DNA of 64,000 bases, from positions 1 through 64,000 of the IMG/VR virus record IMGVR_UViG_3300028563_000018. One strand, 5' to 3'. The notes under the pieces are model-generated. The model had not been told where the DNA came from. It ran no database searches and saw only the letters and a list, made by a program, of their open reading frames with translations. Source of the stretch: a virus. Within the stretch, counting starts at the first letter, position 1, and each line of letters starts with the position of its first letter. A program made the translations under genes and the position numbers. This document shows, one piece after another, positions 1 through 9,462 of this stretch.

Positions 1-2
1 TG

Positions 3-470
3 TTGAAGGACCCGGAAACGGGCGAACGCCGTCTCGTGACACCACCACCGGTTGTCCGGAACGCCTACGCCTTCATGCTCATGGCGATCAATCCCGCGTG
101 GGATCCGAAGTACCACGGCGCGACCGAGCTTGATCACGCGTTAGTCGACCGGCTCACGAAGTTCAAGGTCGAGATGCCGCCCGATCACATCGAGCGTGAG
201 ATCTTGATGCGTCGGTACTCGGAGGACACGAACGGCAAACCACCGCCGAAGAAGGTGCTGGACACCGTGATGGCGATCTCGAGCGAACTTCGATCGTTGA
301 TCGAGCAGGGGAGTCTCCCGATTTCGTGGGGCGTTCGTCCCAACATCGCAGTGTTGCGCAAGACACGGTTCTACAAGCTGGAGACGGCCTACAAGCGGGC
401 CGTTGCCGACTACTTCGAGCCGCAGATTGCCACCCAGATTCTCGACGTCGTGCGGGCTCACGCGTCATGA
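3..470 (+). CDS. MoxR/CbbQ/CobS-like AAA+ ATPase, C-terminal part (5' truncated by the window edge)
   Basis: 'FMLMAINP...GATELDHALVDRL' matches the sensor-1/arginine-finger region of MoxR-type AAA+ proteins; a VWA gene lies just downstream. Confidence 0.75.
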   Translation: MKDPETGERRLVTPPPVVRNAYAFMLMAINPAWDPKYHGATELDHALVDRLTKFKVEMPPDHIEREILMRRYSEDTNGKPPPKKVLDTVMAISSELRSLIEQGSLPISWGVRPNIAVLRKTRFYKLETAYKRAVADYFEPQIATQILDVVRAHAS

Positions 471-811
471 CTACCTACGAGGTCTTCAACAACACCTCGC
501 CGCTGTTTCGGTACGACGTCGGCGTGGTGAAGTCTCTTGGGCTCGTCGTGGATCACTCGGCCGTTATCGACTGGGTGTGGCGCGCGAAGCCAACGCCCGA
601 AGACGCTTCGATTCCCGAACTTCGCGTGTCTGTCGGCTGCGAGGGTCGAAACCTTGGCGCGTTGTTTCAGGACAAGTTTGTCATGGAGTCGATTCAAGCC
701 ATCGCTGGCATCGAGTGGTATGGCGTCGAGCCAGAAGAACAACATCGGCAAGCGCTGGAGCTTCTCTTGGTACTCGGATGGGTGCCTTGGAAGTCTCGCT
801 ACAAGCCGTAA
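467..811 (+). CDS. hypothetical protein
   Basis: ATGA overlap with upstream stop; starts MTTYEVFNN. Confidence 0.6.
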   Translation: MTTYEVFNNTSPLFRYDVGVVKSLGLVVDHSAVIDWVWRAKPTPEDASIPELRVSVGCEGRNLGALFQDKFVMESIQAIAGIEWYGVEPEEQHRQALELLLVLGWVPWKSRYKP

Positions 812-818
812 CGAGATC

Positions 819-868
819 CCCTGCTAGGTGGGCGCGTGCATCCCTGTCGCGTGTCCCACCTAGCAGGG
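819..868 (+). terminator. long hairpin, possible terminator or RNA-processing signal
   Basis: CCCTGCTAGGTGGG...CCCACCTAGCAGGG, 14-bp perfect stem followed by TTTA. Confidence 0.55.
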
Positions 869-876
869 TTTATGAA

Positions 877-922
877 GAGCGGAATGGTCCCGATGCTGGT
901 TCGACTCCAGCGCCGCTCACTA
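877..922 (+). ncRNA. tRNA-like minihelix (acceptor stem + T arm only)
   Basis: GAGCGG(877-882)/CCGCTC(913-918) stem, GCTGG-TTCGACT-CCAGC T arm, then ACTA; no D or anticodon arm. Confidence 0.5.
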
Positions 923-3618
923 TGAACATGACACTTACTCCAGACAGTCCCCAAGAACGCGCCATGCGGGCAGTTCGCGAGATGCGCAAGCTCTTGCCTG
1001 GTCTCCAGGGGTTCGGAAGAGCCCTGACTGGCGACCAGACTTTGCGCGTCGTGATGACAGCCGGCACTCCGTGCACAGACGGCAACACGGTCTTCATGCA
1101 CCCTCCCGCAGAGTTGGGCGATGTGCTGACTCATGACCGTTCGGTATGCGGTGAGCGCGACGAAGACAGTGTGCAGAAGTGTGCAGCCTGCCGGGCTCAC
1201 GAGAACGTGATGATCGTGCTCTACCACGAGTTGTCGCACATACGTGCCGACTCGTTCCAGACTGTCACACCAGAAGATCGTGCAGAGCTTGTGACGCGGG
1301 CGCTGACTGAAGTGGGTGTGAGCGAAGAAGCAACGTGCCCGCGTTGTAGCGCACATCGTGACGAGAACGAACCTCACGCTGACGATTGTGACTACGTTCC
1401 GCCGACTCGCGCTGGCAAGCTCAAGGCACGCCTCGATGCCCAACCCGTCAAGCACTATCTCGAAGCTGCACAGATCGTCAGTCCGTACCTTCCGATGCTG
1501 CTCAACGCGCTGGAAGACGCGCGGGTCAACGCCGAGATGTATCGGGCTCGGCCTGGAACGAAGAGCATGTTCCGCGCTCTCAACATCGAGACGTTCAAGA
1601 AGGGCATCGAACGCCCGGACGGTACACGCGGTCTCTGGTCCGAGATGAAGCCGAACGCCCAAGTGGTCGTTGGCTGTTACGCGGTCGCAAGTGGGCTGGA
1701 CGTGACGGGCTACTTCAATCCCGAGGTTGAGCAGGCACTCCAGGATCCCGAGCTTGTGTCGATGTTGAGCAGGATCGAGAGTGCTCGAGACGTTGGCACG
1801 ATCTACCGCAGCGCGTTCCCGGTTCTGGAGAACCTGCGGAAGCACGGTTTCTGCAAGGCGAAGGAAGATCCGAAAGATGATGCGCGTCCTCCGGAGCCTA
1901 CGCCGAGCGAAGAGCCGAGCGATGACGAGAGTGCCGGCGAGAGCGAATCCGGTCCCACGCCATCTGAAGATCAATCAGGCGCGGGTTCCAGCGAAGGTAC
2001 GCCTGACGCGTCGTCCATTCCCGAAGACGACGACGAAGATTCGACCCCTACATCGGCTCCTGAGCCGACCGATGACGCGACAGGCTCAGATGACGCGGCC
2101 GACGGTAACGACGACCCTACGGCCGATCCTGAGCCTACGGCCGACGGTACTGACGCGGGTTCAGATGAGCATGATGACGCGGCCGACGGTATCGACGAAC
2201 AGGACCCCGATGACTCGGACGATTCCGACTTCGACATAGACACAATGTCGGAAGAAGAACTCGATGGGGGGATCAACGAGTCACACGAAGACCAGGATGA
2301 CGAAGTCGGCGACGGTACTGCCGACATCGGCGATGCTGATTTCGAGAACGACCAGCCGGCTGAAGAATCACATGATCTCGAAGACGGTGAGGATAGCGAG
2401 TACGACGATCCCAACCTCGACTACGAAGACTTGTACGACGACGATGACGACGAAGAGTCTGACGATCTGACCGAAGACAGTATGGGTCAAGGTCACGGCG
2501 CCAAGATGACCAGCGCGCCCGGCGTTCCCGAGGAAGACGATCCCGAGCCGGAAGACGACTACGACTACGACTCGATGGGCTCGCCGGATGATCTACAGGA
2601 GATGCTCGACAAGTTTACTGGTCACGACGACATGCCCCAGAGTCCTGAGGAATATCAGGAAGGCTCTAGGGAGGACGCCGATCCGGAAGTCAAGCGTGCG
2701 ATCAATCAGAACGAGTACTTCGATGCGCCCAGCATGGAAGTGTCCGCGCTGTACGTGACGCGCACGTACGACGATCTTCCTGACAATGCGTATGGGCCGG
2801 GCAAGATGCAGTTCGGGTACGCCAGCGAAGAGATGAAGCGCGACTATCGCTACATCGATCACTACAACCTAGAGGTGTCGATCCCGCCGGAGAACATTCT
2901 GGCGCCGGCACTCCAGACGCTTCGGTCTGTGTTCACCGAGAACAAGCGCGCAAAGCACGAGACGAACCTGAAGTCGGGACACGTGAACACACGTGTTCTT
3001 GGCAGGCGTGTGCCTGTTCAGGATCCGCGGCTCTTTCAGAAGCGAGTCCGTCCGGGCAAGCGTGACCACTTCGTGGTGATCGGGCTCGACATCTCGAGTT
3101 CGACGGCGAGCAACGGTGCGATCAAGGTGCTCAAGGCGTCAGCTATGGCGATGGCCGAACTCATGAACCGGCTCGGCGTGAAGTGTGCCGTGTACGCGCA
3201 CACTGGAACGTATCGGCCGCAGGATCGCGCTTCGGGCCTTGGTGGGATGAGTGTCGAGATCATCGAAGTGAAGAGCGAACGGGATCCGTGGGACGCGAAC
3301 GCAAAGCAACGCCTCGCCGATCTGATCCCCGGCGGAGGCAACATTGATTCGCACTCGCTCGAGTTCTACCGGAAGCAGGCACAGAAGTCCGGCGCGACTG
3401 ATCGCACGATCATGTACTTCACAGACGGCGAGCTTCACGACGCTGAGGACGTCTTGCTGCGGGAGATCAACCTCTGCAAGCGAGAAGATATCGGCGTGGT
3501 CGGCATCGGCGTGGGTACGAACTCGCCGGAACAGTTCGGCCTGGAGACGATCGTCATTGACGACGTGAGCGATGTGCCGAGAGTTGTGAAGGATCTGCAA
3601 CGGAGGTTGTCGAGATGA
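922..3618 (+). CDS. CobT-like protein: N-terminal HExxH domain, long acidic linker, C-terminal VWA (MIDAS) domain
   Basis: 'YHELSH', 'LNALEDARVN', D/E-rich middle, 'GLDISSS' DxSxS and 'YFTDGE'; adjacent to the AAA ATPase. Confidence 0.8.
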   Translation: MNMTLTPDSPQERAMRAVREMRKLLPGLQGFGRALTGDQTLRVVMTAGTPCTDGNTVFMHPPAELGDVLTHDRSVCGERDEDSVQKCAACRAHENVMIVLYHELSHIRADSFQTVTPEDRAELVTRALTEVGVSEEATCPRCSAHRDENEPHADDCDYVPPTRAGKLKARLDAQPVKHYLEAAQIVSPYLPMLLNALEDARVNAEMYRARPGTKSMFRALNIETFKKGIERPDGTRGLWSEMKPNAQVVVGCYAVASGLDVTGYFNPEVEQALQDPELVSMLSRIESARDVGTIYRSAFPVLENLRKHGFCKAKEDPKDDARPPEPTPSEEPSDDESAGESESGPTPSEDQSGAGSSEGTPDASSIPEDDDEDSTPTSAPEPTDDATGSDDAADGNDDPTADPEPTADGTDAGSDEHDDAADGIDEQDPDDSDDSDFDIDTMSEEELDGGINESHEDQDDEVGDGTADIGDADFENDQPAEESHDLEDGEDSEYDDPNLDYEDLYDDDDDEESDDLTEDSMGQGHGAKMTSAPGVPEEDDPEPEDDYDYDSMGSPDDLQEMLDKFTGHDDMPQSPEEYQEGSREDADPEVKRAINQNEYFDAPSMEVSALYVTRTYDDLPDNAYGPGKMQFGYASEEMKRDYRYIDHYNLEVSIPPENILAPALQTLRSVFTENKRAKHETNLKSGHVNTRVLGRRVPVQDPRLFQKRVRPGKRDHFVVIGLDISSSTASNGAIKVLKASAMAMAELMNRLGVKCAVYAHTGTYRPQDRASGLGGMSVEIIEVKSERDPWDANAKQRLADLIPGGGNIDSHSLEFYRKQAQKSGATDRTIMYFTDGELHDAEDVLLREINLCKREDIGVVGIGVGTNSPEQFGLETIVIDDVSDVPRVVKDLQRRLSR

Positions 3619-3743
3619 GCATTCAGGATGTCAATGGCGTCGAGACGTGGCGCTGTAGCAACTGTGATCGAGTCAACGATGACTACGCGGATCACTGTGA
3701 AGGTTGCGGCATCAGGTTCGATGCCGACGAAGCACTTCCGTAA
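3615..3743 (+). CDS. 42-aa RanBP2-type zinc-finger peptide (absent from the ORF track)
   Basis: ATGA-coupled; MSIQDVNGVETWRCSNCDRVNDDYADHCEGCGIRFDADEALP fits W-x-C-x2-C-x3-N-x6-C-x2-C. Confidence 0.7.
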   Translation: MSIQDVNGVETWRCSNCDRVNDDYADHCEGCGIRFDADEALP

Positions 3744-3778
3744 GAAAGATTCAATTTTCCTAGGGGGAGGTGAAAATC

Positions 3779-3934
3779 ATGTTCAAGTGGATTGCGTTGT
3801 TCTTGGCGTTCGTCTTGGCACTACTCGTGATCGTCGGGATCTATGCGATCTCGGCCGTCAACTCGTTCGACAGCCAGTGTGCGAGTCGCCACGGCGTGCT
3901 CACGAGTTCGGGTACGTGCGTTTATCCGAAGTGA
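3779..3934 (+). CDS. 51-aa small membrane/secreted protein (absent from the ORF track)
   Basis: Strong RBS GGGGGAGGTG; MFKWIALFLAFVLALLVIVGIYAIS hydrophobic helix; two Cys. Confidence 0.7.
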   Translation: MFKWIALFLAFVLALLVIVGIYAISAVNSFDSQCASRHGVLTSSGTCVYPK

Positions 3935-3942
3935 AGTAAAGA

Positions 3943-3954
3943 CCAACCCGACAC
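3943..3954 (+). promoter_or_regulatory. start-associated CCAACCCGACA box, copy 1
   Basis: ACCAACCCGACAC...AGGGAG upstream of ATG 3970. Confidence 0.7.
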
Positions 3955-3969
3955 AGAAACAGGGAGTAC

Positions 3970-4131
3970 ATGATGAAACGGTTTGAAGTCCAGGTCGCGT
4001 TCTATGTGGACGCCGACGACGAAGAAGATGCGTTCCAACAGATCGACGAGGCGCTTATCTACACGCCGATCTCGGGATACGAGAGTGTGATCAATCCCGA
4101 CGTGGAAGCGTGCGACGCGGGGAGAATCTGA
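3970..4131 (+). CDS. small acidic hypothetical protein (absent from the ORF track)
   Basis: RBS AGGGAG; MMKRFEVQVAFYVDADDEEDAFQQ...; TGATG overlap with the next gene. Confidence 0.65.
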   Translation: MMKRFEVQVAFYVDADDEEDAFQQIDEALIYTPISGYESVINPDVEACDAGRI

Positions 4132-4517
4132 TGAGCTACAACACGCCAGTTCTCATCATCAACGACGCGCTCGGTGACATCGAGAGAAACCCCGAGCAGT
4201 TCGTGACGGGTCTTGTGAGCACCTGCCTCGGGAGTCACATCGCGCACCCGAATAAAGGCCATGTCGATGTGCGAGCGGGCGCGCACATGAACGCCGCGAG
4301 TGTCATCCCGGCTGCCCACGCCGATGTGACACGTGTGCTCGTGACTCACGGCAACTGGATGTGGGAGATCCCCGACAAGTACACGGCGCCGAGAGATGTC
4401 TACATGCTTCGCGCAGTGGACGAGAAGTTTCTTCGGGACGAGATGATCCGGCGCGTCGATGTCGCATTGTTCGAGAGCATTGCTGTGCTCAAGATGCTCA
4501 AGGGGATGGAGTCATGA
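4131..4517 (+). CDS. hypothetical protein
   Basis: Translationally coupled ORF MSYNTPVLII. Confidence 0.65.
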   Translation: MSYNTPVLIINDALGDIERNPEQFVTGLVSTCLGSHIAHPNKGHVDVRAGAHMNAASVIPAAHADVTRVLVTHGNWMWEIPDKYTAPRDVYMLRAVDEKFLRDEMIRRVDVALFESIAVLKMLKGMES

Positions 4518-4897
4518 CCCCTATCACACTCGACCAACTGGAAGTCGTCATCGGCAAGACCTGGCGGCAGACGACAATCGGTGATGTGACTCTGAACGTG
4601 TGGGTCAACCGCAACGGCAAGACCATGAAGGATCCCGCCTTCATTGCGACGGCATCACGTCCGGGGTTCGTCCAGAACTTGGTGCTGCCCTACGAGATCA
4701 CACATCTGGACCGTGCGTTCGAGCACGCCGTGCAGGAGGTTCTCGAAGATATAGCCAGACGGGAAGCAGCTCGAGCACTCGTGCAAGCTCACGTCGAAGA
4801 CGACGAGCCCCTGATGTGTGTGTTCTGTCTTCGTAAAGACTGCGTGTGCAGCGACGACCAGTACGAGAACTGGAAAGCAGGAGGTTCGTTCTCATGA
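4514..4897 (+). CDS. hypothetical protein
   Basis: ATGA overlap, MTPITLDQL. Confidence 0.65.
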   Translation: MTPITLDQLEVVIGKTWRQTTIGDVTLNVWVNRNGKTMKDPAFIATASRPGFVQNLVLPYEITHLDRAFEHAVQEVLEDIARREAARALVQAHVEDDEPLMCVFCLRKDCVCSDDQYENWKAGGSFS

Positions 4898-5012
4898 GCA
4901 AGTGGAAGCACTACCAGTTCGAGAAGATCATCACCGACGAACACCCGCAGGACTGCGAGTGCGCGTCGTGTTGCCGTTCGTTCGGCGAGAGCGATCCCGA
5001 CGAGGAGGAATC

Positions 5013-5977
5013 ATGCGAGTCGTAGTTCTGAACGACGGCGAGACGTACACAAGCGCCGAAGGTTGCATGATTCTGGACATCGAAGATGATTGCGTCGAGC
5101 TTGACGATCTCGACGAGGTCGTCAAGCTCGCACACGAGTTCTTCACGGACAACCTCGATCAAACCGAAGAACGCATCATCGTCGACACGAACGACGGCGT
5201 CGAAGGTCCGATCGTTCAGGTGATCGCGAGGTTGTCATGAACCGCATACCTCCGCCGGATACCGGCCCGAAGCAATGCGAGAAGACGGACCACCTCTTTG
5301 AAGGCGTCTACAGAAGATGTAAGCGCGCCGTCGAGTACCAGATCAAACTAAGTGACGACATCTGGATCGAGTTGTGCCCGTGGCACACGCTGTGCGTACT
5401 CGAGCCCGACCTGTTTGATCCTGAAAAGGCAGGTCATGATGTGTAGCGACTGCGCGCAGTTTGTCGCAGCTCTTCGTGCTTCTGACGCCGAGTGCTTCGC
5501 GTTGAAGGCACAACTGGCAGCGGTCTCGAAAGTCCTGTACGGCCTCGCCGACGTGATCGACCCGTGGGTTGGGGACGTTCTTGAACTGGAGGAAGCGGTA
5601 TGAAGGTCGCAGTAGCACTGTTGCTTGAAGTGCCCGATGGTGTTCACATCAGCAGCAACAAGTTCCAGTGGCAGAAGGTTCTCAATGGCGGGAATGATCT
5701 GATGATCCATCCGATCTTCGGCGACCTCTCGATGCACGTGAATGAGGTTCAGGTGCATTCCGATCCCGACGTGATCTTCGGAGATGATTCGGAAGTCTGG
5801 CTCATCCAGGAGCGGAACCCGTCAGGACTTCTTTCCGACCGTGGCTACTGGCACAACGACGTCGAGGGTTTTACGGGATGGGGAGACGTTCGCACGGCTA
5901 CCAGGTTCTCAGACCACGACCGCGCAACACTCTCGTTGCCATTCGACGGCGTATGGGTCGTTGACGCTCCGAAATAA
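5013..5977 (+). other. run of small coupled hypothetical genes (5013-5240, 5237-5446, 5436-5603, 5600-5977)
   Basis: Consecutive overlapping starts/stops with RBS-like GGAGG; typical phage early region. Confidence 0.55.
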
Positions 5978-6004
5978 AAGATCAAGCTAGGCGTTTCCAG
6001 AAAT

Positions 6005-6016
6005 CCAACCCGACAC
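6005..6016 (+). promoter_or_regulatory. start-associated CCAACCCGACA box, copy 2
   Basis: CCAACCCGACACGGTACACAAGGGAGA upstream of ATG 6036. Confidence 0.7.
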
Positions 6017-6035
6017 GGTACACAAGGGAGAACTG

Positions 6036-6323
6036 ATGGCGCTCTACGAAGCTGAGTTCGTGGTGAACCAGGGAACCTCTTTTGAACGCTGCATGACGCA
6101 GATCTTTGAGGCACCGATGCACCCGACGACGAAACGGCCCGCGACCAAATCGGCGTATGAGTACTTGCGCACATTGGCTCGCGACTTTGGGCACCCGACC
6201 ACCACGTCGGACGTGCACGTGCGCGTGTGTCTGTACTGGCCCCCGAAGTTCCACTACACGGCGGCGATGTCGCGGATCGGCCAGACCAGCGAGGTCGACG
6301 CGTTCGGGGTGCGCGTGCCATGA
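6036..6323 (+). CDS. hypothetical protein
   Basis: RBS AAGGGAG; coupled to the rIIA-like gene. Confidence 0.65.
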   Translation: MALYEAEFVVNQGTSFERCMTQIFEAPMHPTTKRPATKSAYEYLRTLARDFGHPTTTSDVHVRVCLYWPPKFHYTAAMSRIGQTSEVDAFGVRVP

Positions 6324-8353
6324 AGACCCACCTAGACATCAAACACGAAGGCACGCTCGGTACTGCCGATCTGAAAACGATCAAGTTCGACGAGGACGCC
6401 ACCGAGGTTCTGGAGGGCATCCTCATCGACCTGTACGGCGACTCCGAGCTTGCGACGATCCGCGAGATCGCCACCAACGCTGCGGACAGTCACGTCGCCG
6501 CCGGCAACTTGCGACCCATCGAAGTCGAGCTCCCGTCCGCGCTGCGCATGACCTACGTCGTGCGAGACCACGGCGTCGGTCTCGATCCCGACGACATCGA
6601 ACGGGTTTTCAAGTACGGCGCTTCCGACAAACGCGACACCGACGAGGCAGTCGGCATGCTCGGACTCGGCCTGAAGGCGCCACTGGCGTACACGAGTCAG
6701 TTCACGATGGTCGCCGTCAAGCACGGCACGAAGTCCACTGTGCTCGTCACCAGGAAAGAGTCCGGCGGCGGCGCATACCAGATCATCGACACCTGCGCGA
6801 CCGATGAACCGAACGGTGTTGAGATCACCATCCCGACGACCGGCTACACGAACTTCTGCGCGAAGGCCAACTTCTTCTTCCGGTTCTGGGAGCGCGGGTC
6901 TGTACTCGTCAACGGTGTGCTGCCGACGAACATCTTTCCTGGCCCGCGTGACCTTGTGCTCGACCCGGACGTGTTCATCACGACCCACCTCGAGCACGAC
7001 TACGTCGTCATGGGCAACGTGCCCTACGAGGTGCCGTGGGAAGAAGACGCTCTGGTGCGAGGCGATTCGCACGCGGTGGTGCGCGTTCCGATTGGGAGCG
7101 TCAACTTCACCCCGTCGCGCGAAGCGCTCAACATGACCAAGCGCACCAAGGAGGTGCTCCACGAAGCGCGTACCTTCATCAACGGCGGTCTGGAACGCCG
7201 GGTGCAAAACGAGATCGACGCGGCGCCGACCCACACCGCGGCGCTGCGCGTTGCCGCGTCATGGAACAAGGCGCTCAAGCTCTTCCCAAATCTGAACTAC
7301 CGCGGCGAGAGCATCCCGAGCGGGTTCATGATCCCGAAGGACGGCTCGAGCAAGCAGCATCTCTCGTGGGAAGTCTCGTCTAACTGGAACAAGGTCTACG
7401 GCAAGTTCATGTTCGAGGCCGAGTTCCTGTCGCGCCCCACCACACTGCACGTCGTCGGATCCAAGATCTACGGCCTGCGTGCCACCGTAAAGGACAAGAT
7501 CAAGCTCTACATCCAGGAGAACAACCTCGATGTCAAGCATGCGGTGCTGTACCCCGAGGCGCTCACTGACGGCAAGTGGCTCGACGACTGCCTCACGGTC
7601 GACTACTCGGTCATCCGAGAGATCAAGCTGCCCGACGACGGGATGGCGCGCAAGGCGCGTACCAAGACGTCGAAGGGTTCGTACCGCGTCGTCATGCAGT
7701 ACGGCGATGAGAAGGTTTACCCGGCCGACGAGATCATTCAGAATCATCTCGATCGCGTCGTCTACATGGGTGCCGGCATCCAGTTCGTCAAGCGCGAAGA
7801 GGTACGCAAGCGCGTCACGTCGGGCCATGCGTTGGTGATCGTGGAGAAGCCACAGCTCAACGGTTTCTTGAAGGACATCCCGAATGCTGTCAGTATCGAA
7901 CAGCACGTGCTCACGCGGTTGATCCCGTTCGTGAACCTGACACCCGTCGAGCAGTTCTTGTGTCACGCGAGCACGTGGGATCACACGCCGTTCGCGAAGT
8001 TGCCCGGCGGCAGCGCGAATGTGCTCGACCCTGAAGTGCGTGACCTGATCCAGTCCGTGAGCCAGGTGATCGGAAAGGGTCTGCACGTTGAGTTTGCTCA
8101 ACTGCGTTGGCTCGTCGCGAACTTCTGCGGCGTGGCGCCCCGAGTCAAGTTGCCCGAAACGCAGGCCGGTTTCAACGAGATCAACCAGCGAGTCCAAAAA
8201 CTGTCGCGTCGGTACCCGCTCGCGAGTTCCCGACCTTACGGAACGACGCCGAAGCACGTTCTCGATTACATCAACGCGATGCACCTCGCGCACGCGTGCC
8301 GATCGATCTTTACCAACCCGACACGCTCACCCAAGCAGGGAGAAACGAAATGA
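6320..8353 (+). CDS. rIIA: RIIA-like protein (N-terminal GHKL ATPase)
   Basis: 'IREIATNAADSH', 'DHGVGL', 'GMLGLGLK' GHKL boxes and 'FTPSREAL'; directly upstream of an rIIB-like gene. Confidence 0.85.
   Translation: MKTHLDIKHEGTLGTADLKTIKFDEDATEVLEGILIDLYGDSELATIREIATNAADSHVAAGNLRPIEVELPSALRMTYVVRDHGVGLDPDDIERVFKYGASDKRDTDEAVGMLGLGLKAPLAYTSQFTMVAVKHGTKSTVLVTRKESGGGAYQIIDTCATDEPNGVEITIPTTGYTNFCAKANFFFRFWERGSVLVNGVLPTNIFPGPRDLVLDPDVFITTHLEHDYVVMGNVPYEVPWEEDALVRGDSHAVVRVPIGSVNFTPSREALNMTKRTKEVLHEARTFINGGLERRVQNEIDAAPTHTAALRVAASWNKALKLFPNLNYRGESIPSGFMIPKDGSSKQHLSWEVSSNWNKVYGKFMFEAEFLSRPTTLHVVGSKIYGLRATVKDKIKLYIQENNLDVKHAVLYPEALTDGKWLDDCLTVDYSVIREIKLPDDGMARKARTKTSKGSYRVVMQYGDEKVYPADEIIQNHLDRVVYMGAGIQFVKREEVRKRVTSGHALVIVEKPQLNGFLKDIPNAVSIEQHVLTRLIPFVNLTPVEQFLCHASTWDHTPFAKLPGGSANVLDPEVRDLIQSVSQVIGKGLHVEFAQLRWLVANFCGVAPRVKLPETQAGFNEINQRVQKLSRRYPLASSRPYGTTPKHVLDYINAMHLAHACRSIFTNPTRSPKQGETK
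8313..8324 (+). promoter_or_regulatory. start-associated CCAACCCGACA box, copy 3
   Basis: TACCAACCCGACAC...AGGGAGA upstream of ATG 8350. Confidence 0.7.
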
Positions 8354-9462
8354 CACTCAAATACAACATCGTCCAAAACGACGGAGAGCAGTCCAGCGTG
8401 ACTGTCTTCATTCCTGGGAAGGACCCACTGGTTGCGACGCGCGAGCACCCGAAGTTCGATCAGATCGTGCGCGAGGTCTCGCAGCAACGTCCGGATCTCA
8501 CTGACACGTTCGTGAGTGGATTGGAAGGCTTGTTCGACGAGTCCCGCAAGCTCGCTGAGCACTTCAACCGGCTGTCCGATCGCATCAGTGTTGGTGCGGG
8601 TCGGGTTTACTTCGACATGATGCCGGTCGACAACGCGATCACGGCCGAGATCCTGCGGTACGTGAGTGCCGGCCTCGACGACTACAAGCCGCTCGTCAAC
8701 TTCATGGAGAAGATCGAGACGAACCCGCTTGAGCACAGCCGCCAGAACTTGTTCCGGTGGTTGGAGAAGCACGACTTCGCCATCGCTCCGGACGGCGACT
8801 TCTACGCCTACAAGGGGCTCGGTACCGGCTGGCTCTCGAGCAACTCGGGCCGGGCGATCGTCAACGGAGAAGTCCACCAGGGTCGCATCCCGAACCGACC
8901 TGGTTCGGTCATCGAGATGCCGCGCAACGAAGTCCAGCACGATCCGCGTCATGGGTGCTCGACGGGTCTGCACGTCGCCAACTGGATGTTCGCCAAGGAC
9001 TTCGCTCGTGGTGGTGGCGTCGTAAAGGTGAAGGTGAACCCACGCGACGTCGTGAGTGTGCCGACCGAAAGCAACGACGACAAGATGCGTGTCTGTCGCT
9101 ACGTCGTGATCGAGGTCGCCACCAGCGAGGACAAGAGCCTGTTGTTGCGGTCCGCAGAACGCACGGCGCGTGTCGTCGGCCAGGTCGACCCGAACGGCAA
9201 GAAGCTCAGCGAGCACGGACAAGCTCCTGCGAAAGCTCGCGTGCCCGGCAAGAAGAAGGCGCCCGCCAAGAAGGCAAAGCCGGTCGCGAAACTGCCCGAG
9301 TACTACGAGCAGTTCAATCGCACCCACTTCAACGCGCTTCCGTTGGCCGAGGTGAAATGGCTCGCTGGCGAGTGGGGGATCGTCGGTCGCTCAAAGATGT
9401 TCCCGTATGACCTCATCTCGGCGCTCATCAAAGAGGCACACGCTCGATTGAAGACCTGGTGA
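8350..9462 (+). CDS. rIIB: RIIB-like protein
   Basis: 'DGDFYAYK', 'EMPRNEV...CSTGLHV', 'VKVNPRDVVSVP...KMRVCRY' are RIIB motifs. Confidence 0.85.
   Translation: MTLKYNIVQNDGEQSSVTVFIPGKDPLVATREHPKFDQIVREVSQQRPDLTDTFVSGLEGLFDESRKLAEHFNRLSDRISVGAGRVYFDMMPVDNAITAEILRYVSAGLDDYKPLVNFMEKIETNPLEHSRQNLFRWLEKHDFAIAPDGDFYAYKGLGTGWLSSNSGRAIVNGEVHQGRIPNRPGSVIEMPRNEVQHDPRHGCSTGLHVANWMFAKDFARGGGVVKVKVNPRDVVSVPTESNDDKMRVCRYVVIEVATSEDKSLLLRSAERTARVVGQVDPNGKKLSEHGQAPAKARVPGKKKAPAKKAKPVAKLPEYYEQFNRTHFNALPLAEVKWLAGEWGIVGRSKMFPYDLISALIKEAHARLKTW

Noticed and set aside
403-921. N-terminal extension of the 1071-aa ORF
   Set aside because: Overlaps gene 467-811 and the structured RNA; a start at 922 or 928 is more plausible
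877-922. A complete tRNA gene
   Set aside because: No D arm or anticodon arm; reported only as a minihelix
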